The position numbers and the translations under genes are program-made. A model generated the notes under the pieces. The model searched no databases. It had not been told where the DNA came from and saw nothing but the letters and a program-made list of their open reading frames with translations. 64,000 bases of DNA, taken from positions 24,017-88,016 of the forward strand of contig CAMKWA010000009.1 in assembly GCA_946476835.1 (NCBI GenBank), written 5' to 3'. This DNA comes from an uncultured Neokomagataea sp. (lineage in GTDB: Bacteria > Pseudomonadota > Alphaproteobacteria > Acetobacterales > Acetobacteraceae). Below are positions 28,225 through 38,752 of this stretch, piece by piece; position 1 is the first letter of the stretch; each line of letters opens with the position of its first letter.

Positions 28225-28951
28225 CGCGCTCGGACAATTCGAGCTGAAACCGGTTCTCGGTACGCTCGGTGAAAGTCTGCATTTTTCGCAGTCGCCGCTC
28301 TTTATGATCATCGCTGTCGTATTGGTCCTCGGCTTCCTTTACATCGGGATGCGCCCTGCAGCGGTTGTCCCCGGGCGTCTACAAGCTGCGGCTGAGCTTG
28401 GATATGACTTTGTCCATGACCTCGCCCTCAGCACTATTGGTGAAAAGGGCACAGCTTTTTTCCCGTTCATCTTTGCGCTCTTCTTCTTCATTCTGACGGG
28501 TAACTATCTCGGTCTTATCCCTTTCTGCTTCACATACACCAGCCACATTGCTGTGACTTTGGCGTTGGCAGTTGGGGTCTTCTTGTTGTCACTGGTCGTC
28601 GCTCTGCGCCACCAAGGTTTGGGCTACTTCAAGCACTTCCTGCCGGACGGCGTTCCCGTCTGGCTGGCACCATTGATTGTCCCGATCGAGATCATCTCCT
28701 TCCTGTCACGTCCTGTCAGCCTGTCGATCCGACTGTTTGCCAACATGGTAGCCGGTCACGTGTTGTTTGAGGTCTTTGCCTCCTTCACAATCATGCTTGC
28801 TGGTCTGGGCGTCGTAGGTCACGTCATTGCCATCGCTCCCGTGGTGTTCAACATCGCATTGATGGCTCTTGAGTTGCTGGTAGGCCTGTTGCAGGCATAT
28901 GTCTTCGCGATCCTCACCTGCATCTACCTGCGCGAGGCTGTTGAGCACTAA
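28154..28951 (+). CDS. atpB: F0F1 ATP synthase subunit a
   Basis: Conserved LSIRLFANMVAGH motif with the essential Arg. The true start may be GTG 28202 (VAAGSTIDALGQFE...), which would shorten the overlap with atpI. Confidence 0.9.
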   Translation: MGQPSWQAPLITGEASVAAGSTIDALGQFELKPVLGTLGESLHFSQSPLFMIIAVVLVLGFLYIGMRPAAVVPGRLQAAAELGYDFVHDLALSTIGEKGTAFFPFIFALFFFILTGNYLGLIPFCFTYTSHIAVTLALAVGVFLLSLVVALRHQGLGYFKHFLPDGVPVWLAPLIVPIEIISFLSRPVSLSIRLFANMVAGHVLFEVFASFTIMLAGLGVVGHVIAIAPVVFNIALMALELLVGLLQAYVFAILTCIYLREAVEH

Positions 28952-29016
28952 TTCTAGCGCGCAATAACCTCAGCATATTCGTTTCTCTTCCAACCGCCTT
29001 CTAAGGAAACTCTAAC

Positions 29017-29241
29017 ATGGACGTTCAAGCAGCTCGTGAAATCGGCGCCGGTCTGGCAGTTATCGCTCTGGCAGGTGTCGGCGTCGGTATCGGCAACATC
29101 TTCTCCACGCTGGTCAGCACCATCGGCCGCAACCCTGCATCACGTGCAAACGTGTTCGGTCTTGGCATGCTCGGCTTCGCACTGACAGAAGCTGTTGCAC
29201 TGTTCGCCCTGCTGATCGCATTCCTGATCCTGTTCTCCTGA
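29017..29241 (+). CDS. atpE: F0F1 ATP synthase subunit c
   Basis: 74-aa hairpin proteolipid ([20 protein letters not shown]...[18 protein letters not shown]). Confidence 0.95.
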   Translation: MDVQAAREIGAGLAVIALAGVGVGIGNIFSTLVSTIGRNPASRANVFGLGMLGFALTEAVALFALLIAFLILFS

Positions 29242-29249
29242 GGGTCACA

Positions 29250-29822
29250 ATGAACCGCATGCCACGCTTTTTCCTGTTCGCCGCTACGCTGGCGGCCGTG
29301 CCGGGCCAAGCTGTGGCTGCGGGCATGCCCCAGCTCCGCTTCAATGACCATTTCGTCATTGGGCAGGTCGTCTGGGGTGCCGCCATCTTCATTGGCTTCT
29401 ACCTCGTCCTGAGCCGCTCAGCCCTTCCAAAGGTTGAACGGGTTCTGACAAACCGCCGTAACCGCATCCAGAATGATCTGGACGTTGCACGGCGCGCCAA
29501 GGCAGAAGCTGATGCGGCCAGCGCTGAGCTTCAGAAAGCACGTCATGACGCTGCCGCACAGGCACGTGCCAATGTCGAGCGTATCCAAAATGAGGCTCGC
29601 GCCACTGCCGAGGCCCATGCCCAAGCAGCCGCAACGCGTTTAGAGGCCGAGATCGCTCAGGCCGAGGAACGTATCGCCCAATCTCGTAACGCTGCTCTTG
29701 CAAGCCTACCAGAAATCGCAACCCACACGGCTCAAACCGTTGTTGGTCGCCTGATCGGTACCGACGCGAGCACAGCACAGGGTTCGGCCATTTCCGAAGC
29801 CATCGCACGGGCACAAGCCTGA
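29250..29822 (+). CDS. atpF: F0F1 ATP synthase subunit b'
   Basis: An N-terminal TM segment followed by a long Ala/Glu/Arg-rich helix. It is the first of two b-type genes, as is usual in alphaproteobacteria. Confidence 0.8.
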   Translation: MNRMPRFFLFAATLAAVPGQAVAAGMPQLRFNDHFVIGQVVWGAAIFIGFYLVLSRSALPKVERVLTNRRNRIQNDLDVARRAKAEADAASAELQKARHDAAAQARANVERIQNEARATAEAHAQAAATRLEAEIAQAEERIAQSRNAALASLPEIATHTAQTVVGRLIGTDASTAQGSAISEAIARAQA

Positions 29823-29830
29823 AGGAGGAC

Positions 29831-30334
29831 ATGATGTTCCACGAACCACGTTTCTGGACCGCACTGGCCTTCGTCCTTTTCTTCGTGATTTTCGGACGCA
29901 AACTCTGGGCTGTCATCACGCAAACGCTTGATGCACGTGCAGACCGCGTCCGTGCAGACCTCGATGAAGCATCCCGCCTGCGCCGCGAAGCCGAGCAAAT
30001 GCTCGAAGACGCAACGCGCGAACGGGAAAAAACCCTCGAAGAAACGAAGCAGATGATCGCCCGTTCGGAAGCTGAAGCCGCTGCTGTGGCTGAACGCGCC
30101 CGTCAGGACGCTCAAGACGCTGCTGAACGTTACGAAACACAAGCTCGTGACCGTATTGAAGCTGCAGAGCGCGCTGCTCTGCGTGAAGTACGTGACCGCG
30201 CTACGGCCATTGCTATTTCTGCTGCCCGTGATGTTGTCGCATCACATCTGGCATCAAACCCAGAAGCTGCCGCATCACTTGTTGATCAAAGCCTTGCTGC
30301 TCTGCCAGCATCGCTCCGCAAAGCGGCTGCCTAA
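29831..30334 (+). CDS. atpF: F0F1 ATP synthase subunit b
   Basis: MMFHEPRFWTALAFVLFFVIF TM segment followed by a charged helical stalk. Confidence 0.85.
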   Translation: MMFHEPRFWTALAFVLFFVIFGRKLWAVITQTLDARADRVRADLDEASRLRREAEQMLEDATREREKTLEETKQMIARSEAEAAAVAERARQDAQDAAERYETQARDRIEAAERAALREVRDRATAIAISAARDVVASHLASNPEAAASLVDQSLAALPASLRKAAA

Positions 30335-30337
30335 ACA

Positions 30338-31144
30338 ATGACAACAGCCAAGACCCGGGAGAATGCTTTAATGTCACCCGGGTCTTCGCCCTCTTCTACG
30401 GTCCCCCCTATGACGCAAAGCTCTCTCACGATCAGCATTGTCATGGCGGTGTTAAACGAGGCCGACAATATTCTTCCCGTCTGTCAGGAAATTGCCACAA
30501 CACTCGAACACCTCCCGTCATGTGAGGTTGTCGCAGTAGATGACGGCAGTACAGACAGCACGGTGCAGAAGCTTCTTGAGGCCCGCGCCTCCTTCCTGCC
30601 TCAGCTTCGTATCATCAGCCACCCTAAGCGCCTTGGAAAATCTGCCGCGCTACGCACTGGCATCGAAGCGGCAAAAGGGGAGTGGATTGCCACCATTGAT
30701 GGTGACGGCCAAGATGATCCTTCTGCAATCATCACTATGCTTGCCCTCGCTCAAAAGGCCGAAGGTACACCCGCTCTCGTCGTTGGTGTGCGCCGCAAAC
30801 GTAGTGACCGCCTCTCACGCCGTATCGCCACGAAATTTGCAAATGGCCTGCGCGTCAAACTCTTGAATGACGGCTGCCCAGATACAGGCGCACCGCTCAA
30901 GCTTTTCTCGCGAGCCATGTTCTTGCGTATCCCTCAGTTTGAGGGCGTCCATCGCTTTTTACCCGCTTTGTTGGGCCATTACGGCGCACCACTCATCTGC
31001 CATGAAGTGCAACACCGTTCCCGCCTACACGGCCAATCAAAATATACGAACCTAAACCGCGCCCTTGTCGGTATTCGTGACCTCCTCGGCGTTATGTGGC
31101 TCCAAAATCGGACCCACCTCCCTTCACGCACAATCGAGCACTAA
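30338..31144 (+). CDS. GT2 polyprenyl-phosphate glycosyltransferase (ArnC/RgtE/DPM1-like)
   Basis: ISIVMAVLNEADNI...VVAVDDGSTDST...DGDGQDDP motifs. Candidate starts are 30338, 30371 or 30410. Confidence 0.8.
   Translation: MTTAKTRENALMSPGSSPSSTVPPMTQSSLTISIVMAVLNEADNILPVCQEIATTLEHLPSCEVVAVDDGSTDSTVQKLLEARASFLPQLRIISHPKRLGKSAALRTGIEAAKGEWIATIDGDGQDDPSAIITMLALAQKAEGTPALVVGVRRKRSDRLSRRIATKFANGLRVKLLNDGCPDTGAPLKLFSRAMFLRIPQFEGVHRFLPALLGHYGAPLICHEVQHRSRLHGQSKYTNLNRALVGIRDLLGVMWLQNRTHLPSRTIEH
30350..30386 (+). other. GC-rich perfect 10-bp-stem hairpin between atpF and the GT2 core
   Basis: aagacccggg ... cccgggtctt with a 17-nt loop and no following T run. It lies inside the longest reading of the GT2 ORF. 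Confidence 0.5.
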
Positions 31145-31229
31145 AACCGCTCACCATGGCAGCGTCCTCGCTGCCATTTTTTTGCGTGACTGAACCAGAA
31201 ACTCCACTGGTGAACTTGGACATGCCTTC

Positions 31230-32903
31230 ATGACATTGACACTCCGCCATTACATTTTTCTTGGCCTGATGACCTTCATCTTGGCCCTTCCCGGGCGCAT
31301 GTCTCTTCCCCCATTAGACCGGGATGAGCCACGCTATATGGAAGCATCAGAGCAAATGCTGCTCTCCCACAACTACGTTGATGTCCGCTTTCAAGACAAA
31401 CCACGTTATCTTCAGCCCGCGGGCATTTATTGGCTCGAATCTGCCTCAACAGCACTCGCAGAAGACATGTTTGGCCCCGATGTACTACGCCAAACATGGC
31501 CTTACCGTATTCCCAGCCTCATGGCTGCATCAGTGGCGGTTCCTCTCACGGCATGGATTGGCAGCACATTATTTGGTGGCATAACAGGGCTTCTCGCGGC
31601 TGGCTTGCTCATGGTGTCCACGCTATTCGTGGCCGAAAGCCGCATGGCCACAATCGATACAGTCCTTCTTCTCGATATTCTCACAGTTCAAGCGGCACTC
31701 CTACGCGCCTTTAAAGATCGCGAAAACACACGCCCCACTCACCTCAAAACAGCCCTTCTCTATTGGTTCGCTTGCGGCGTCGGCCTCATGCTCAAGGGGC
31801 CAGTGGTGCTGATTCCAGCCTTCGGTACCCCCCTCGCCTTCTGGCTGTCAGAGCGTTTCACAACAGAACACTCAACCCAACCGAGCCTTTTCAAACGCAT
31901 GCGCCCGTCATGGGGCTGGCTGCTTATGCTCGCAGTCGTCCTACCATGGTGCATCGCGATCAATACCCTCAGCCATGGCCAGTTCTTTTCTCTTGCTGTT
32001 GGCCACAACTTCCTTGGAAAAGTTGGGCATGCTCAGGAATCTCACGGCTTATTCCCAGGCTACCACTTAGCCGTTTTTGCGATTGCCTTCTGGCCGGGGT
32101 CACTCTTTGCCGCTTTAGCACTTCCTGCCATCTGGCGACATCGCGCCCTTCCGGAAGTCCGTTTTCTTCTCAGTTGGATTCTGCCTCACTGGCTGGTGTT
32201 TGAACTCATCGCAACCAAACTGCCCCATTACGTCCTACCAACCTACCCTGCTATCGCCATTCTGACCGCAGCGTCACTGACACTCTGGCAACGTGAAAAA
32301 TTCAGCCGCATTGGCACGGTATTGGCAGGACTCTACGGAACCGTATGGGCCGCTATAGGCCTAGCCTTCTGTGCTGCGGGCACCATTCTTCTGGCACAGC
32401 TTGAGCATAAACTCTCAATCCGTGTCCTCATCGGTTTCAGCGGCGCATTTCCTCTCATGCTGCTCGCGATTTGGTTTATTCTCAAACACGAGCGCCGTCA
32501 GGCCCTCTTCTGTGTCATGGGGGCCGCCATCCTGACACAAGCCGGACTATTCTTGGCCGTTATCCCAAATCTACAAACAATTCGCCTTGCACCACGCGCG
32601 GCAGAATTGTTTCACACCGTACAACCCTGCGCAGACAGCACACTCATCTCAACATCCTATTCTGAGCCCAGCCTTGTTTTCCTGTCCGGCCCGAATACGC
32701 AGCTTTTAGGCCCTCAACCTGCAGCACGTTACCTAGCGGACCATAAACAATGCAGCCTCGTACTCATTGATCACAAAGACGAAGCTGCTTTCCGCCAAGC
32801 ACTCGCGCCCACCGGAACAGACATCACAGAGTATGGCCGCATCACTGGCCTCAATTACTCAAATGGCCACCACCTTGACCTTGGCCTCTTCGCCCCACGC
32901 TAA
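31230..32903 (+). CDS. GT-C fold glycosyltransferase, ArnT/PMT (GT39/GT83)-like
   Basis: Polytopic membrane protein with the LDRDEPRYMEASEQM loop motif near its N-terminus. Confidence 0.75.
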   Translation: MTLTLRHYIFLGLMTFILALPGRMSLPPLDRDEPRYMEASEQMLLSHNYVDVRFQDKPRYLQPAGIYWLESASTALAEDMFGPDVLRQTWPYRIPSLMAASVAVPLTAWIGSTLFGGITGLLAAGLLMVSTLFVAESRMATIDTVLLLDILTVQAALLRAFKDRENTRPTHLKTALLYWFACGVGLMLKGPVVLIPAFGTPLAFWLSERFTTEHSTQPSLFKRMRPSWGWLLMLAVVLPWCIAINTLSHGQFFSLAVGHNFLGKVGHAQESHGLFPGYHLAVFAIAFWPGSLFAALALPAIWRHRALPEVRFLLSWILPHWLVFELIATKLPHYVLPTYPAIAILTAASLTLWQREKFSRIGTVLAGLYGTVWAAIGLAFCAAGTILLAQLEHKLSIRVLIGFSGAFPLMLLAIWFILKHERRQALFCVMGAAILTQAGLFLAVIPNLQTIRLAPRAAELFHTVQPCADSTLISTSYSEPSLVFLSGPNTQLLGPQPAARYLADHKQCSLVLIDHKDEAAFRQALAPTGTDITEYGRITGLNYSNGHHLDLGLFAPR

Positions 32904-32913
32904 CACCTCCAAT

Positions 32914-32948
32914 AAAAAAGGCCTCCCAGAACTTGGGAGGCCTTTTTT
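32914..32948. terminator. Bidirectional rho-independent terminator
   Basis: A6-ggcctccca-gaact-tgggaggcc-T6, located between convergent genes. Confidence 0.85.
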
Positions 32949-32982
32949 CAATCCATAGAGCACACGCTCAGCAAAAGACAAT

Positions 32983-33270
32983 TCAGCCTTCTGAGGATGG
33001 CTCAACCTTCTGCGCAGCTTCTAAACGCGCCAACCGCTCTTCCAACCCGGCGAAACGTGCTTCTGCTTCTTCTTGTGCTAAACGCGCACGCCCTGCCATT
33101 TCCTGAATAGCGTCAAACTCATCCCGACGCACGAGATCTAGACCATTCAGAACTTCATCGACGCGTGCCCGCACGATTGCATGAATCTCTTCACGCACAC
33201 CATTCGCCGCAGAAAAAGCATTGCCAGCAAGCCCAGCAATATCATCAAAAAAACGAGCCTTAATCGACAT
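32983..33270 (-). CDS. ubiK: UbiK/YqiC (BMFP) family accessory factor
   Basis: MSIKARFFDDIAGLAGNAFSAANGVREEI...DLVRRDEFDA... followed by a coiled coil. The start is set at ATG 33270. Confidence 0.65.
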   Translation of the reverse strand: MSIKARFFDDIAGLAGNAFSAANGVREEIHAIVRARVDEVLNGLDLVRRDEFDAIQEMAGRARLAQEEAEARFAGLEERLARLEAAQKVEPSSEG

Positions 33271-33447
33271 CCGTGCAACTCCTAAACACAACACCCATAC
33301 CCGAAAACCACAAAAGGCCGAGTCCGCATTGCTTGGTTCGTAGCGATAGAACGACTATACAGGAAGTACCGTCAGCGTCACGGCTGGCATTCCCTTATTG
33401 GTCATCGCTTTATCCCATAAGGCCACCCCTGCTGGAGCCCTTTCCTC

Positions 33448-34269
33448 ATGAGTCATCCGCTCCTGTTCCCCGGTTTTGACCCGGTCGCCTTTCATATCGG
33501 CCCCTTATCCGTCCGCTGGTATGCGCTGGCCTATATGGTCTCTTTTATTTTAGCACTCCCGTTAGCAAAACGTCTCTGCCGTCTTTCACCAAGCGTTGCT
33601 GACAACGCTGTGGTAGATGACTTTCTCTTTTACGGCATTCTCGGCGTCTTATTGGGTGGTCGACTGGGTTATGTCTTGTTCTATCGCCCAGATTTTTACC
33701 TGACCCACCCCATCGAAATTCTCAAAACATGGCAAGGTGGAATGTCCTTCCATGGTGGTGCATTAGGCGTCATCCTTATGCTAGTGTGGTTTACATGGAA
33801 GAGAAAAATTAACTTTTTCGCCTTTGCGGATCGTATCGTACCGGTCGTCCCCATCGGGTTAGGCCTCGGCCGCTGTGCCAATTTCGTTAATGGTGAACTC
33901 TGGGGCCGCCCCGCACCGGAGAACTTACCATGGGCCATGATCTTCCCCACCGGTGGCCCCATCGCTCGGCACCCATCAGAATTATATGAAGCACTGACCG
34001 AAGGCGTCTTGTTACTGCTCGTTATGCTCGTCGCTGCCGGGCAAGAGAAACTCCGCCAACGTACAGGCTTCCTTTCCGGCCTCTTTCTCGTAGGTTATGC
34101 TTTCGCCCGTAGCTTCTGCGAATTTTTCCGTGAACCGGATGCAAACATCGGCTTCCTCCCCGGCGGCACAACAATGGGCCAACTTCTCTGCATCCCCATG
34201 GCACTCGCAGGGATCAGCATCATGATTTACGCTTGGCGCCGTTCAAGCCGGAGCACAGCCCATGCCTAA
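33448..34269 (+). CDS. lgt: Prolipoprotein diacylglyceryl transferase
   Basis: FHIGPLSVRWYALAYMVSF... and GGRLGYVLFY motifs. Confidence 0.9.
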   Translation: MSHPLLFPGFDPVAFHIGPLSVRWYALAYMVSFILALPLAKRLCRLSPSVADNAVVDDFLFYGILGVLLGGRLGYVLFYRPDFYLTHPIEILKTWQGGMSFHGGALGVILMLVWFTWKRKINFFAFADRIVPVVPIGLGLGRCANFVNGELWGRPAPENLPWAMIFPTGGPIARHPSELYEALTEGVLLLLVMLVAAGQEKLRQRTGFLSGLFLVGYAFARSFCEFFREPDANIGFLPGGTTMGQLLCIPMALAGISIMIYAWRRSSRSTAHA

Positions 34270-35047
34270 TACAACCATCGCACCAGAGCTATTCCTGCGT
34301 GATGAGTACCTCACCGTGCCTCATGGTTTCTTTACACGCTTAGGCGGCGTCTCTCCTGCCCCGTTTGATAGCCTCAATGGTTCATTATCTTCGGTTGATA
34401 AGCCCGAAAATATCACCGAAAACCGGGCACGAATTGCACGCACACTTGGCGTTCATCCTGCCCGTTTTCTAGGCCTAAAACAGACACATAGTGCCATCGT
34501 TCACACAATCCGTCCCGATACTCCCCTCTGGACCACAGGCCGTGGACCTGAAGGAGATGCTCTCGTTACAGATTGCGCAAAGACTGGCATCAGCACCATC
34601 ACTGCAGATTGCGGCCCTTTGCTGTTATCGTCTGGAGACGGCCGCATCGTCGGTGCTGCACACGCCGGGTGGCGCGGCGCAGTCGGTGGCGTCATTGAAG
34701 CTGTGATCTCCGCAATGAAAGCCATCGGTGCCCACGATATTCATGCAACCGTCGGCCCCTGTATTGGCGGCGATGTCTATGAAACTGGCCCTGATATGTA
34801 TGACGCAGTTTGCACACAAGACCCCGAGCGTGGCCCTCGCTTCTTCCGCACCGCACCGCGTGATGGCCATTTTCTTTTTGATCTCTCTGGCTACTGCTCA
34901 GATCGACTCCGCGCGGCAGGCGCTATAACGGTCAGTAGCCTCAACGTCGATACCTTAACGGACCAACGGTTTTTCAGCCACCGCCGCAGAACACTGGCAG
35001 GCGGCGGGCATATTGGACACCAAATCTCCGCTATTCGCCCACGTTAG
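34262..35047 (+). CDS. pgeF: Peptidoglycan editing factor PgeF (YfiH/DUF152 laccase-domain protein)
   Basis: HGFFTRLGGVS..PFDSLN and HAGWRG motifs. Its start overlaps the lgt stop by 8 nt. Confidence 0.85.
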   Translation: MPNTTIAPELFLRDEYLTVPHGFFTRLGGVSPAPFDSLNGSLSSVDKPENITENRARIARTLGVHPARFLGLKQTHSAIVHTIRPDTPLWTTGRGPEGDALVTDCAKTGISTITADCGPLLLSSGDGRIVGAAHAGWRGAVGGVIEAVISAMKAIGAHDIHATVGPCIGGDVYETGPDMYDAVCTQDPERGPRFFRTAPRDGHFLFDLSGYCSDRLRAAGAITVSSLNVDTLTDQRFFSHRRRTLAGGGHIGHQISAIRPR

Positions 35048-35146
35048 AACAAGAAACACCGCGCCTTAGCCTATCAACTTAGGTGCGGTGTTATATACTA
35101 TCAGAACATTGGGGCACCCCTCACGAGCTGCCCCAAGCTCCCGGTC

Positions 35147-36595
35147 TTACGCGGCGGCTAAAGCCTTACGCACACCTTCTTCCCATTCTGGATCAGCCTT
35201 ACGGAACAGTGCTAACTGCCGCTCAATGATCTCAGAAGGAACCCCTGCCATAGCGCCAGCGAAATTCGCATAAAAACGCTCTTTTTCCTCTGCATTAAAC
35301 AGATGGAACAAAGCCCGTGGTTGCGCGAAATCATCCCCATCTGAACGATGTTCGTAATAGGTAGCATCACCATTAATCTTCAATGGTGGTTCCACTGCTG
35401 ATGGATCTTCTACCGGCCCAGAGAAAGAATTAGGCTCGTAATATCCACCATCACCAGGCTCCGGCGCATCAAAACGCATCGGCCCATCAAGATGGTAGTT
35501 TTTCACCGCCACTTTCGGACGATTAACAGGCAGGGCTTCATAATGCGTGCCAACCCGGTAACGGTGAGCATCCGCATAAGCAAACAAACGACCTTGCAAC
35601 ATACGATCCGGTGAGAAACCTATACCCGGCACCACATTCGAGGGTGAGAAAGAAGACTGCTCAATCTCTGCGAAGTAATTCACCGCATTGCGGTTTAATT
35701 CCATTACACCGATCTCTTGCAATGGATAATCTGACTGTGACCATACCTTCGTCACGTCAAATGGATTGAAAGAAACTCGTTCAGCCTCTTCCTCTTCCAT
35801 AACCTGAATATACACTTTCCAACGTGGAAAATCGCCTTTTTCAATGGCGTTATACAGGTCTTCCTGTGAGCTTTCACGGTTAGCAGCTACCACTTCAGCT
35901 GCTTCTTCATTCGTCCAGTTACGGATTCCCTGTTGCGTCTTAAAGTGGAATTTTACCCAAAAGCGTTCACCCTTCCGGTTCCAAAGAGCAAAGGTGTGGC
36001 TACCAAAGCCATGCATGTGACGGTAACCCTGCGGCAAACCACGATCCGAGAATAAGATCGCCACCTGATGCAAGCTCTCTGGGCTTAACGACCAGAAGTC
36101 CCACATTGCCGTCGCAGAACGCATATTGGTACGAGGATGGCGTTTTTGCGTGTGGATGAAGTCCGGAAACTTAATAGGATCACGCAAGAAGAACACTGGA
36201 GTGTTGTTACCAACTAAATCCCAGTTACCATCATCCGTATAGAACTTAACAGAAAACCCACGAACATCACGTTCTGCATCCGCAGCGCCGCGTTCACCCG
36301 CAACTGTGGAGAAACGCGTCAACACGTCGGTTTTCTTACCGACCTCTGCAAAAATTGAAGCGCAGCTATACCGAGTAATATCCTGCGTTACCGTAAAGGT
36401 ACCAAAGGCGCCGGAACCTTTCGCATGGACCGTTCGTTCTGGAATACGCTCACGGTTTTGATGCGCCAGTTTTTCGAGCAATTGATAATTTTCTAACAGC
36501 AGAGGACCGCGGGAACCTGCGGTTTTGCTGTCTTGGTTGCTCCCCCAAGGGGCTCCTGCCGTCGTACGGATAATGTTACGATCTACCATCACCAC
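35147..36595 (-). CDS. Monofunctional haem catalase
   Basis: [18 protein letters not shown] and [12 protein letters not shown] motifs; 482 aa. Confidence 0.95.
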   Translation of the reverse strand: MVMVDRNIIRTTAGAPWGSNQDSKTAGSRGPLLLENYQLLEKLAHQNRERIPERTVHAKGSGAFGTFTVTQDITRYSCASIFAEVGKKTDVLTRFSTVAGERGAADAERDVRGFSVKFYTDDGNWDLVGNNTPVFFLRDPIKFPDFIHTQKRHPRTNMRSATAMWDFWSLSPESLHQVAILFSDRGLPQGYRHMHGFGSHTFALWNRKGERFWVKFHFKTQQGIRNWTNEEAAEVVAANRESSQEDLYNAIEKGDFPRWKVYIQVMEEEEAERVSFNPFDVTKVWSQSDYPLQEIGVMELNRNAVNYFAEIEQSSFSPSNVVPGIGFSPDRMLQGRLFAYADAHRYRVGTHYEALPVNRPKVAVKNYHLDGPMRFDAPEPGDGGYYEPNSFSGPVEDPSAVEPPLKINGDATYYEHRSDGDDFAQPRALFHLFNAEEKERFYANFAGAMAGVPSEIIERQLALFRKADPEWEEGVRKALAAA

Positions 36596-37003
36596 ACCTC
36601 TTGCTGTTCTGTTGGGATAACGCTTACAAAATACAAAGAGTTCAGTGAAACCGATTAATTTTATTTTTGTGAATGGTTTCTCCTATTTTGTATCCTCATC
36701 ACGTTGCCGTTAAGTTTTGACATAGGTCGTTCTTTATAGCGGCCTTAACGCTTAGAGTGTTCATGAGCGCGAAACGCGGTCTTTATTGAAGGAGCACAAC
36801 AGGGCGATGCTGGTTTACAGCCCCATCACGGAACAATCCCCAAAGCCCTTCGACTGCTCTATTCGCGCCCTTCATTTTCAACCCCGCGCAGATGGCGCCG
36901 CCGATCCAGACGGCTTGTCGCGCTTCCCCGCCGTGTCGCCCGCCGGAACATGCTTGTCATGTTTTACGGCTACGCCCGCGCGGTCAATGAGGCACTGAAG
37001 ATT

Positions 37004-38701
37004 ATGACGTTCACCGTCGGACATTACCTCGCCGAACGCCTGACCCAAATCGGGCTTAAGCATCACTTCGCCGTTGCCGGGGACTATAACCTGGTGCTGC
37101 TTGATCAACTGATCGAGCACGGCGGTACGGAACAAATCTATAGCTGTAACGAGCTCAACTGCAGCTTCTCTGCTGAAGGCTATGCACGTTCCAACGGTGC
37201 AGCCTGTGCCATCGTGACCTTCAGCGTCGGCGCGATTTCTGCCATGAACGGCATCGGCGGCGCGTATGCTGAGAACCTGCCCGTTATCCTTGTTTCCGGT
37301 GCGCCAAACACCAATGATCACGGCTCCGGCCATGTTCTGCACCACACAATCGGCCTGACGGATTACTCCTATCAGCGCGAGATGGTGCGGCACGTTACCG
37401 TCGCTTCTGAAATCATTGTGTCACCAGAGAATGCACCGGCACAAATTGACCATGTCATCCGGACAGCTCTGCGTGAAAAGAAACCTGCGTACCTCGAAAT
37501 TGCCTGTAACATCGCAGCATCACCTTGCGTACGACCAGGCCCAATTTCAGCGCTTTTCTCTAGCCAGCCGGTAGATGATACCAGCCTCAATGCAGCAATT
37601 GATGCCAGCCTTGCTTTCCTCGAAAAACGCGAAAAAGTCGTTATCTTGGTGGGCAATAAACTCAAATCCGCTGAGGCACTGGAAGAAACCGTTGAACTAG
37701 CAGAGCGCCTAGGCTGTGCTGTCACGGTCATGAGTGCAGCAAAAGGCCTCTTCTCAGAAGCACACCCACTGTATCGTGGTGTCTATTGGGGTGAAGTCAG
37801 CAGCGAGGGTACCGAAAAAATTGTTGAAGGCGCAGATGGCGTCATTACCCTCGGCCCGGTTTGGAATGACTACGCTTCAGTCGGCTGGCGCAAACTTGTC
37901 CGCGGCGAAAACGTCATTGAGGTCAACCCTGAGAGCGTCACCGTCGATAACCGACAATTCGCCAGCGTTCCGCTCAAAGCCTTTGTGAGCGCTCTTGCGG
38001 CAAAAGCACCATCCAAGCCCGCTTCAACCCAAGATGCTTACACACCTCTGACCATTGCACCCGCTGCACCAGACGCCAAACTGACCAACGATGAACTGAC
38101 ACGTCAAATCAACGCACTAGTCGATGGTGACACCACGCTCTTTGCTGAAACAGGCGATTCTTGGTTCAACGCAACGCGCATGACACTGCCAGAAGGCGCA
38201 CGCGTCGAATCTGAAATGCAATGGGGCCATATCGGCTGGAGTGTTCCATCCGTCTTCGGAAGTGCAGTTGCTGCCCCAGAGCGCAAACATGTACTGATGG
38301 TTGGCGATGGTTCTTTCCAACTGACGGCTCAGGAAGTCGCTCAGATGATCCGTTACGAAGTGCCGGTCATCATCTTCCTGATCAATAACTTTGGCTATGT
38401 CATCGAAATCAAAATCCATGACGGGCCATATAACTACATCCAAAACTGGAACTACGCGAAGCTGATGGATGCCTTCAATGGCGGCACCGGCGCAGAAGAC
38501 GGCTCACTACGTGGCGGGAAGGCTCTCGGCCTGACAGCTACTACAGGCGCCGAACTCAAAGCGGCTATTGCAGAAGCTCAAAAGCACACACGTGGCCCAA
38601 CACTCATTGAGTGCCGTCTGGACCGTGCCGATTGCTCAAAAGAACTCGTGGAATGGGGTAAGCAGGTCGCCAAGGCCAATTCCCGCAAACCACAAGCCTA
38701 A
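37004..38701 (+). CDS. pdc: Pyruvate decarboxylase (ThDP-dependent)
   Basis: [36 protein letters not shown]...[28 protein letters not shown]...[15 protein letters not shown] is nearly colinear with my recollection of Zymomonas mobilis PDC. The start is set at ATG 37004. Confidence 0.9.
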   Translation: MTFTVGHYLAERLTQIGLKHHFAVAGDYNLVLLDQLIEHGGTEQIYSCNELNCSFSAEGYARSNGAACAIVTFSVGAISAMNGIGGAYAENLPVILVSGAPNTNDHGSGHVLHHTIGLTDYSYQREMVRHVTVASEIIVSPENAPAQIDHVIRTALREKKPAYLEIACNIAASPCVRPGPISALFSSQPVDDTSLNAAIDASLAFLEKREKVVILVGNKLKSAEALEETVELAERLGCAVTVMSAAKGLFSEAHPLYRGVYWGEVSSEGTEKIVEGADGVITLGPVWNDYASVGWRKLVRGENVIEVNPESVTVDNRQFASVPLKAFVSALAAKAPSKPASTQDAYTPLTIAPAAPDAKLTNDELTRQINALVDGDTTLFAETGDSWFNATRMTLPEGARVESEMQWGHIGWSVPSVFGSAVAAPERKHVLMVGDGSFQLTAQEVAQMIRYEVPVIIFLINNFGYVIEIKIHDGPYNYIQNWNYAKLMDAFNGGTGAEDGSLRGGKALGLTATTGAELKAAIAEAQKHTRGPTLIECRLDRADCSKELVEWGKQVAKANSRKPQA

Positions 38702-38709
38702 CCTACATA

Positions 38710-38727
38710 AGCCGCCTGATGGCGGCT
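38710..38727. terminator. Hairpin between the convergent pdc and hypothetical genes
   Basis: agccgcc-tgat-ggcggct. The flanking T tracts are weak. Confidence 0.35.
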
Positions 38728-38752
38728 GCAGAAAAGCGCCGTTGGTCTTTCT

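Noticed and set aside
36786-36998. 70-aa ORF in the catalase/pdc divergent region.
   Set aside because: It has no SD, a non-ATG start and a featureless translation, and it overlaps the likely pdc promoter and leader. It is more plausibly non-coding.
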